From positions 1-49,232 of IMG/VR virus record IMGVR_UViG_3300037484_000744: 49,232 nt of DNA. The stretch is one strand, 5' to 3'. How positions within the stretch are numbered: position 1 is the first letter of the stretch; every line of letters begins with the position of its first letter. The stretch comes from a virus. Below, piece by piece: positions 42,825-49,232 of the stretch. Both the position numbers and the translations under genes were made by a program. The notes beneath the pieces were generated by a model that had not been told where the DNA came from, made no database searches, and worked only from the letters and a program-made list of their open reading frames with translations.

Positions 42825-44416
42825 CAGGAACCCAAGGACGCGGCGATCGCGGCGATGGCGTTGGGGTCGTTGCTCTCGACCGTGAGGCGAAACGTGACGG
42901 CGCTGGACGGTGCTGCAGCGGCAGCCTTGGGCGCCTTGGCAGCAGGGGCATCAGGCGCGGGGCGCGCCTGAGGTCGCGTGGGGCCGGGCGGAGCGGCCTT
43001 CTTGGCCTTGGGCGCGGGCTCCTCGTCTTCGTCTTCGTCCTCGTCCTCTTCCTCCTCGTCTTCGTCTTCGTCTTCGTCTTCGTCTTCGACGGGCGGTGGG
43101 GCCTTCTTGCCTTTCTTGGGCGCGGGTGCCGGCTCGTCTTCCTCTTCCTCGTCTTCTTCCTCGTCTTCCTCTACCGGGGGCGGCGGGGCTTTCTTGCCTC
43201 CGGCCTTCGCGTTGAGGGCTTCGAGCTTGGCCATGTAGTCGTCCGGGCTCGTGGGTTTCGGTTTTGCCATGATGATAGGTAGTCTCCTTTTCGCAATTGA
43301 CGCGCAAGCCAAACCAAGCGACCGGTGCGCGTCACACCGCCCGCCTCGTGAAACATGATGCTCACACCCCGCGAAGTTGTCGCACGACTCGGGGTTGCGG
43401 ATGCACTCATCTAGGGTCTCGAGTGTATCCAACTCGGCCGCACGCGCGGCCATCGCTTGAACCTTAGCCGTCACCTCGGCGGGCGTCAAGGCCATGGCGC
43501 GGGCCCACGCGTTGCGCTTGCCCCGCGTGCAGAAGTACACCCAACGCATGAAGATGGGGCGCTCGCCGCCCGCCCCCACACGCTGGCACAGCGCATCGTA
43601 TGCGTACAGGTTGACCTGGCCATCGTCCTCCAGGATCTCCGGCTCGTGCCAACGCTTGCGACCTGTGGCCGCAAATGCCGCAGCCGTAGCGCGGGTGTCC
43701 TTCACGTACCCTTCGCCGGCCGTCGACTTGTAGTCGAACGTCACCCAATCGGAGGGCCTAACGCCGCGCTTCCACAGCGCCAAGCGCTTGAGTCCAGCTT
43801 TAGAGATGCGGGCGCGGAGGTCAATGAAGCCCTTCCACGTGACGCCGAACGCACGCCCGCCGAACACGGGGACAGCGCCGGCGCCCTTGCACGCGTGGCA
43901 CTTCTTGCGCCGACCGATGGCGCCTACGCGGCCCTGCCCTGCGCACGCCTCGCACGCGTCCGGCGCGAGCGGCACGGACTCCTCCAGCGTGAGACCGTTC
44001 TCAATCCGGATTTCGATGCACTCTTCCGGACGCGGCAGCAGGTGCAGCCCGGACAGCGCGATCTGTCCCGGTAGCGAGTCCCAATCCGGCGCGGGCCCCT
44101 GGCCGTAGTACCCTTCCAGCACGGCGTGCATGCCCTTGCCGAGGGAGGCTGACCATTCCTTCCGCAGCACCGTACGCCCGAAGTGCTTCGCCAGAATGAC
44201 GCCCATGTCATCCGAGCCGGGCTTGCCCTTCTGCGCTGGCGTCCACCACGGGAATTCACCCGCGAAGATCCGTTTCCACGGAAGCTTGACGCACGCCTCG
44301 AACTCGGCCCACGGCGTATCGAGCCGCGGTGCACCCTCGATGTACCGGATGCCCCATGCGTACTCACACTCATACGCCAGCGCGATGCTGGACGGGCTGT
44401 GGTGGGGTCGGGTCAA
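42824..44416 (-). CDS. PD-(D/E)XK Cas4/DUF2800-like nuclease with an inserted zinc-finger module and a long acidic/Lys-Pro C-terminal extension
   Basis: TTG start. N-terminal SPSSIALAYECEYAW; core FIDL...FDYKS; C-terminal Cys cluster CDNFAGCEHH...C; insert CEACAGQG...CHACKGAG. The tail has Glu/Asp runs separated by PAPKKGKKAPPP. Confidence 0.75.
   Translation of the reverse strand: MTRPHHSPSSIALAYECEYAWGIRYIEGAPRLDTPWAEFEACVKLPWKRIFAGEFPWWTPAQKGKPGSDDMGVILAKHFGRTVLRKEWSASLGKGMHAVLEGYYGQGPAPDWDSLPGQIALSGLHLLPRPEECIEIRIENGLTLEESVPLAPDACEACAGQGRVGAIGRRKKCHACKGAGAVPVFGGRAFGVTWKGFIDLRARISKAGLKRLALWKRGVRPSDWVTFDYKSTAGEGYVKDTRATAAAFAATGRKRWHEPEILEDDGQVNLYAYDALCQRVGAGGERPIFMRWVYFCTRGKRNAWARAMALTPAEVTAKVQAMAARAAELDTLETLDECIRNPESCDNFAGCEHHVSRGGRCDAHRSLGLACASIAKRRLPIIMAKPKPTSPDDYMAKLEALNAKAGGKKAPPPPVEEDEEEDEEEEDEPAPAPKKGKKAPPPVEDEDEDEDEDEEEEDEDEDEDEEPAPKAKKAAPPGPTRPQARPAPDAPAAKAPKAAAAAPSSAVTFRLTVESNDPNAIAAIAASLGS
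43021..43172 (-). repeat. Coding GAA/GAC/GAG triplet-repeat tracts (poly-Asp/Glu)
   Basis: Plus strand shows (tcgtct/tcctcg)n runs at 43021-43089 and 43133-43172. Confidence 0.85.
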
Positions 44417-44574
44417 TGCACACCACAGACGATTGGCTCGACACCGCGCGGCCAGGGGTCTTGCATTGGGGGCGCGTGCGGGTGCTGTGGCGGGGCCTGC
44501 CTCGGTGGCGTAGGTAGCGAGGGCAACGGGTACCGAGGTCTCGGACGTGGGGGTGCGATGGGGGTCTCAACCAT
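44413..44574 (-). CDS. Possible Pro-rich 53-aa protein
   Basis: Its stop overlaps the TTG start of the nuclease (TTGA); very Pro-rich; could instead be untranslated leader. Confidence 0.2.
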   Translation of the reverse strand: MVETPIAPPRPRPRYPLPSLPTPPRQAPPQHPHAPPMQDPWPRGVEPIVCGVH

Positions 44575-44759
44575 GGCCGCGCTCACCTTGGCACGCCGCA
44601 GCGCCGGGCGCAAGTAGGTGCACGCCGGACGGAAGCGGGGAGACCAAGCCACCACAGCGCCCGGCGTGCAGCGTACAGACTAACACGGCGTCAAGCGCGC
44701 CCGCGGTTGCGCGGGTAATTGCGCGCGTGCTACGGTGGACGACTAGGAGACCCAACCGA

Positions 44760-44948
44760 ATGCAGACCGTCAATAACGTCACGCGCGTTGACAACCGAAA
44801 ACCAAACAAATATTGGCCCCCGGCACTGTGCTCGGCCGTACTGATTGCGGGCGGCGTTACGCTGTGCTGCGCGGGACACCTTGTGCCCGGGTGCATCGTT
44901 CTTTTCTTTGGTGCATTTTGCGCCGTTGCAATTGTGGTGACCACGTGA
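44760..44948 (+). CDS. Small membrane protein (62 aa, two hydrophobic segments, Cys-rich)
   Basis: RBS AGGAGACC precedes the ATG at 44760 inside ORF 44547..44948. Confidence 0.55.
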   Translation: MQTVNNVTRVDNRKPNKYWPPALCSAVLIAGGVTLCCAGHLVPGCIVLFFGAFCAVAIVVTT

Positions 44949-45673
44949 TCGCCGTTGCCAAGCGCCTGGTTGGCTTCCTGCTGTGGCTCGCGCTGCGGCT
45001 GTACGTGTTCGTGGCCCGGCGGCCCATGCGTCGCCTGCGCCCAGATGAAGCAGACTACATCGATCGGTACTTCCTCACCAGCACACCGCAGGGTGACGAG
45101 ACCGGCACGCCCGGTTGGTACCTGCAGCGGATCTACCGCGCGGACCCGGACACGCGGTTACACACGCACCCGTGGGCACACAGCAAAAGCTTGATTCTGC
45201 GGGGCGGGTACGGTGAGCGAAAATGGGCGCACGAACACGTGACGCAGACGCGCTGGTACACGCCACTCACCTGGAACACGTTCCCGAACCGCTACGTGCA
45301 GCACCGCATCTTTTGGGTGTGGGGTGACACCTGGACGTTATTCTATGCCGGGCCGAAGCACGGCAAGGGTTGGGGGTTCGTGGGAAACACCCGAACAGAC
45401 GAGGCAACGCGGGCAGCACATTCGGTGCGGGGCGTGTGGTGGGGGAAAGCGCTGCGGCCTGTAGGTGCGGGGGACCTGGTGACGGTGGAAGGCGTGGACG
45501 TGCAGAACTGTGCACGCTGCGGTGGCTGTGGATACGACCCCGATCCGGGAGCCGCCGGATACGAGGGAATGTGTGTCGCGTGCCAAGGTAACGGCACGGT
45601 GCCCCACACAGATGAAGACGAACCCACCATGCCCGGCGTGGGCTCACCTGCGTGGGAACGGGGCGCCCGTTGA
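44945..45673 (+). CDS. N-terminally membrane-anchored protein with an LHTHPW cupin-like core and a C-terminal zinc-finger module
   Basis: GTGA-coupled GTG start; hydrophobic LVGFLLWLALRLYVFV; core RLHTHPWAHSKSLILRGGYGE; CARCGGCG...CVACQGNG. Confidence 0.55.
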   Translation: MIAVAKRLVGFLLWLALRLYVFVARRPMRRLRPDEADYIDRYFLTSTPQGDETGTPGWYLQRIYRADPDTRLHTHPWAHSKSLILRGGYGERKWAHEHVTQTRWYTPLTWNTFPNRYVQHRIFWVWGDTWTLFYAGPKHGKGWGFVGNTRTDEATRAAHSVRGVWWGKALRPVGAGDLVTVEGVDVQNCARCGGCGYDPDPGAAGYEGMCVACQGNGTVPHTDEDEPTMPGVGSPAWERGAR

Positions 45674-48210
45674 GAGACACCATCACGGTGCTCCGCACCG
45701 CGTCCCGACGCAAACGTCTGACCAAGGTGTACCGCGCGGACGGCAGCGTCCAGGCGTTCGATCGCGTGGCGCAGTTCGTTGTGGATGCGGAGGTGCGTGT
45801 GCGCACCTTCACCGATCTGCTGCGACTGCTCATGGCGATCGAAAACGATCCCACGCGCTGCGTCGTCCGCGGCGACGTGCACCCGGACGTGGTGCAAGGT
45901 GCCGGCGGGGAGCGCGTCCGGCGCGTCTCCAAGGTGCCCAAGGACGACCCCACCATCACGCCTCCCTTCCGCCCAGCCGCGCGGCAGTGGGCCGCCATCG
46001 ACGTGGACGAGAGCACCACCCCCTACGACCCCGAGGACCCCGAGGGCAGCGCGGCGCAGTGGTTCGAAGACGTTGGCGCCCGCCTTGGCATCAAGGCCTG
46101 CGTGTGGCAGTGGAGCTCCTCCGCGCACCGCTCGCCCACCGTGCGCGGCCGTGCGTGGGTGCTCCTGGACCGACCGCACACCGATCTCGAGATGCGGGCG
46201 TGGGCTGGCACGTGGGGCATTGACGATTCCCACTATACCGCAGTGGCCATCCATTACACTGCAGCACCTAAGTGGGAGAAGCACTGCGACGCGTGCGGCG
46301 GGCCCGGCAACGGCCCATGCGCCGAGTGCAATGGCTCCGGCGTGGTTCCTGACTCTGATGCGGACCCCCTGGCGGGGCGCAGGCTTCTAGTGCTGGGCGA
46401 TCCCTCCGACGGGCCGTGCGTGCTGCTCCCCGGCGAAGGCGTGGCGGTGGAGGCGCGCCCGGCGCTCACGGCGCTAGACCTGGAGGCCAATGCCGAGGCC
46501 GTGCACGATGACCCGCGCGCGCAGGCGCTTCTCCAAAGCCTGCCGTTGGCATCCGAGTGCCACGGCAGGAAGTGGCCCCTCTGCGGGGCGCTGGGCGGCG
46601 TGTGGCGCCGCATGCTGGTGCCGGAGGACTCGGCGGTGGCCGCGTGCACCGCGTGGCTCGCCGAGGCCGCTGAAGGGGACACATCCGTGGACGTGGCGGC
46701 GGGGGTGGCGCACATGCGCGGCGCGTACCAACGCCCGGCGGTGGAGGTGTCCGGCGTGGACACGCTGCAACCGCTGTTGGGCGAGGCCATCACTGGGGGC
46801 GTGGTGGACGCGGCGCTAGGGTGCACGGGGTTGGGCGCGCGTGCGCTTGCCGCGCGGCAGGAACGCGAGGACGCTGCGGACCCGCTGGCGCACGCAGACC
46901 CATCCATGTACACGGAGCAGCCGCTGATTTTGCAGTCCACCAAGGACGGCCGCGTGGCGCTGTGGCAGGGGGACGAGCGCGGGCACGCCAGCATCACCAT
47001 CAGCGCGCTGCGGCTCCGCATTCGTGAATTGGGCCTGCCCATTGAGCTCAAAGGCGCCGATGGGGGTTCGATCGCCGCGGGCACCGTGGTGGAGGCCAAC
47101 GGCACCACGTTCGACAATTACGCCCGCGATTTCGCCGCCGGCGTGAGTAGGTACGAACGCGACAGTCGCACGCTGATCGAAGGGTACCCCGACGCCTGCA
47201 CGGTGCCGGGCGTGTTTGATGCGGACGTGGATGCGTGGCTGCGCGCCATGGGTGGGCGGCAGTACGAGCGCTTGGCCGTGTGGGTTGCCAGCTGCGTGCA
47301 GCGGAATATTGGACGCCTTTCGGCGGCGTTGGTCATGCTTGGGCCGGCCGATGTAGGCAAAAGCTTGTTTGCTGCAGCGTGCGCAGGGCTCTGGGGTGAG
47401 GCTGCGTGCCCGACCGCGAACCTGTTGATTGCTAGATTCAACGGAGGCCTAGCTAAGTGCCCCGTGGTGTTCGACGACGAGTGTCGCTTGTTCGGCTCGC
47501 GGGACCTGAGCACGAAGGCCTTCCGGGACCTGATGCAGAAGCCCGAGAGGCAGGTGGAACCGAAGGGGTTGGAGGCCTACACGCTGCGTGGGTGCACGCG
47601 GCTGATCGTAGCGGGCAACGAAGCCGGGGACCTACGCTTCGACGATGTGACCGGGCCAGACGTGGTCAAAGCGGTCGCTGACAGGCTTTTGGTGATAGAC
47701 GCAAAACCGCGCGCGGTGGAAGCGCAGGCGGCCTTGGCGCGGCTGCGCGGGGACGGGGCGTGGACGGTGGACCTAGCTCGAGTGGTGGCGCACTTCGCCT
47801 GGTTGGGGGAGACGGTTGCCCTGCCAGCGGAAAGGTTCTTGGCTGCGGGCGATGGCGCCGTGGCGGCTGCGGCCGTGCTCGCGGGGCACGCCGAGGCCTC
47901 CGTGGACGCGTGGGACTCGCTGCGGGAGTGGCTGGACGCCCCGCATGGGGAGCGCGACGTGCGGGTGTGGTCGGTGCACGGGGGCCGGCTCTGCGTGGAC
48001 CCGCGGGCGCTGCGGGACGTTTTGGACGACACCCACCGATGGGACGCCGTGCGGGTGCGGGAGGCGCTGCGGCCGTTCTTAGAGCGTGAGGTGCGTCCCA
48101 GGGTGGGCATGGGGCGTCCTAGGCCGCGCCTGTGGCAGCTGGACGCGTTGAAGGTGTGCGAGTCGTGCAGCGTGGCGCCGCGGGCCCTAGCGGGGCGCCT
48201 GGGGCTTTAG
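45652..48210 (+). CDS. Primase-polymerase (AEP-like) / SF3 helicase fusion protein
   Basis: N-terminal acidic motif AAIDVDE; inserted CDACGGPG...CAECNGSG; Walker A GPADVGKS; Walker B VVFDDE. Alternative TTG start at 45670 is coupled by TTGA. Confidence 0.7.
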   Translation: MGTGRPLRDTITVLRTASRRKRLTKVYRADGSVQAFDRVAQFVVDAEVRVRTFTDLLRLLMAIENDPTRCVVRGDVHPDVVQGAGGERVRRVSKVPKDDPTITPPFRPAARQWAAIDVDESTTPYDPEDPEGSAAQWFEDVGARLGIKACVWQWSSSAHRSPTVRGRAWVLLDRPHTDLEMRAWAGTWGIDDSHYTAVAIHYTAAPKWEKHCDACGGPGNGPCAECNGSGVVPDSDADPLAGRRLLVLGDPSDGPCVLLPGEGVAVEARPALTALDLEANAEAVHDDPRAQALLQSLPLASECHGRKWPLCGALGGVWRRMLVPEDSAVAACTAWLAEAAEGDTSVDVAAGVAHMRGAYQRPAVEVSGVDTLQPLLGEAITGGVVDAALGCTGLGARALAARQEREDAADPLAHADPSMYTEQPLILQSTKDGRVALWQGDERGHASITISALRLRIRELGLPIELKGADGGSIAAGTVVEANGTTFDNYARDFAAGVSRYERDSRTLIEGYPDACTVPGVFDADVDAWLRAMGGRQYERLAVWVASCVQRNIGRLSAALVMLGPADVGKSLFAAACAGLWGEAACPTANLLIARFNGGLAKCPVVFDDECRLFGSRDLSTKAFRDLMQKPERQVEPKGLEAYTLRGCTRLIVAGNEAGDLRFDDVTGPDVVKAVADRLLVIDAKPRAVEAQAALARLRGDGAWTVDLARVVAHFAWLGETVALPAERFLAAGDGAVAAAAVLAGHAEASVDAWDSLREWLDAPHGERDVRVWSVHGGRLCVDPRALRDVLDDTHRWDAVRVREALRPFLEREVRPRVGMGRPRPRLWQLDALKVCESCSVAPRALAGRLGL

Positions 48211-48651
48211 CGGCGCGGCGCCCACCGCCGCGGGGCGTTTTAGGAAGGCGAATCCGGCGTCATTGGAAGAGAGCTCCACCGCTGTTTTGACTGTGAAGCG
48301 GACCCGTCGCCAATTGCGCGCCTCCGTGGGGTCGTAGGGGCGCGGGGCGCCTGACAGCGCCACAAGGGCGTCCGACGCCGCGGCGTAAGCTTTGGCGTAG
48401 GCAGCGCACTCGAAGGCCTGCAGCGTGGTGTGGAAGACCACGCAGGGCTCTCCGTCAGCATCGATGCGAAACAGGAAGTGGACCCCCTGGTAGGCGTATG
48501 GGGGCAGGCCGTGGATGCCATCCATGAAGCCCTGCGCGTAGGCCGCTTGCACATTGGCTTCGGTGTTCTCGCGGCACTCGGCGGGGGTGAGGGCGGTGTA
48601 AACGAGGCGCCCGGTCGGGGTCGGGTCTGGGCGTTGGTGAGCTTTTCGCAT
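48187..48651 (-). CDS. Hypothetical protein (154 aa), convergent with and overlapping the primase 3' end by 24 nt
   Basis: RBS ACGGAGACC precedes the ATG at 48651 inside ORF 48187..48846. Confidence 0.5.
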   Translation of the reverse strand: MRKAHQRPDPTPTGRLVYTALTPAECRENTEANVQAAYAQGFMDGIHGLPPYAYQGVHFLFRIDADGEPCVVFHTTLQAFECAAYAKAYAAASDALVALSGAPRPYDPTEARNWRRVRFTVKTAVELSSNDAGFAFLKRPAAVGAAPLKPQAPR

Positions 48652-48697
48652 TTGGTCTCCGTTCTGTGCGTACAATAGCACGTCTGGGAGCGTTTGG

Positions 48698-49047
48698 GGA
48701 CCGAAAATGGTCCGGGGTCCAGGGGGCCAAGGGCGCGGACCGGGGCTCGGACCGAGCTTTTCCAGGCTTATTTGGCTGCGGTGTGAGTTTGGTCCGTGTG
48801 GGCCAACTTTTTGGAACTCATACCAGCCATCCCAGCCACACGCCACGGCTCCCGCGTCCCACCCTACCTACCCCTATATCTTATCTTTATTTCTTAAGAA
48901 TAGAAAAGAAAGGACCATAGGGACTAAGCCTTAAAAGATGCGGTCCGCGCGCGGTCCAAAGGCGGTCCCTTGGAGGACCTGCACGTCCAAATGCAGAAAT
49001 GCGGGGTTTATGCATGCATTCATAAGCTTGCGTGGTGCGGCTGGTCC
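48698..49047. repeat. Cluster of 12 GGWCC pentamers, including three GCGGTCC units spaced exactly 11 bp apart (48940, 48951, 48962)
   Basis: GGACC at 48698, 48737, 48749, 48912 and 48975; GGTCC at 48709, 48716, 48791, 48942, 48953, 48964 and 49043. The region is bracketed by the 10-mer TGTGCGTACA at 48665 and 49055. Confidence 0.8.
48865..48940. other. AT-rich island in non-coding DNA (candidate DNA-unwinding element)
   Basis: ctatatcttatctttatttcttaagaatagaaaagaaaggaccatagggactaagccttaaaagatg contrasts sharply with the GC-rich surroundings. Confidence 0.6.
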
Positions 49048-49105
49048 ACGTTGATGTGCGTACATAGAGCGGCCTCGTGCGGGCGCGCACGGCGTGGTTG
49101 CATAC

Positions 49106-49232
49106 CCCTCCCTAACCCTGCACTTTGCCCAATGATTACCAACACCTACCAAGGCCCACATGCACAACCGTTTGGTGGTGCATTCGTTCATGCGCAACCG
49201 TTTGGTTGCATATGTTCAGTGCCTGTGTTGCA
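49106..49232. repeat. Terminal direct repeat, right copy (identical to 1..127)
   Basis: Exact match to 1..127; unique genome length is therefore 49105 bp. Confidence 0.95.

Noticed and set aside
1-49232. tRNA, rRNA or other structured RNA genes
   Set aside because: Intergenic space is minimal apart from 48652..302. I could not trace a cloverleaf there by eye, so a tRNA scan should still be run.

Overview
The window is a complete, GC-rich (roughly two-thirds G+C by eye, not computed) tailed-phage genome of about 49.1 kb. Bases 1-127 recur exactly at 49106-49232, so the record is either circularly closed with an assembler overlap or carries a short direct terminal repeat. Gene order: (i) a rightward block of small early proteins, including a very regular pentapeptide-repeat protein (303-3285); (ii) a lysis cassette (3293-4633); (iii) a packaging/head module (4904-14432) with a dNTP-pyrophosphohydrolase-like protein, TerL, a DUF1073-type portal, a MuF-like protein with a ParB-like C-terminus, an inserted protease cluster, a DUF2213 scaffold/protease, a decoration protein and a DUF2184-type capsid; (iv) a contractile tail, Mu-like baseplate and fibres (14453-29323); (v) a leftward block (29320-44574) with a DNA methyltransferase, metallophosphoesterase, 2OG-Fe(II) oxygenase, HNH, RuvC-like resolvase, an intein-interrupted family A DNA polymerase, an SSB candidate, an SF2 helicase and a Cas4-like nuclease; (vi) a rightward primase-helicase operon (44760-48210); (vii) a roughly 0.9 kb repeat-dense non-coding region across the junction. 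I saw no integrase, tRNA, rRNA, CRISPR array or reverse transcriptase. Genes are chained by ATGA/GTGA/TGATG stop-start overlaps, and strong starts carry an AGGAGAC(C) Shine-Dalgarno. Most worth a second look: about 8-fold over-representation of the palindrome AAGCTT in all codon phases, alongside an orphan methyltransferase; a one-zinc CxxCxGxG...CxxCxGxG module inserted in at least six unrelated proteins; a class-3-type LAGLIDADG intein splitting the polymerase; a coupled M41-like peptidase / lipoprotein trypsin-like protease cluster inside the head module; and an origin-like region with 12 GGWCC words, three of them phased at 11 bp. All family assignments rest on motif recognition by eye, not database searches.
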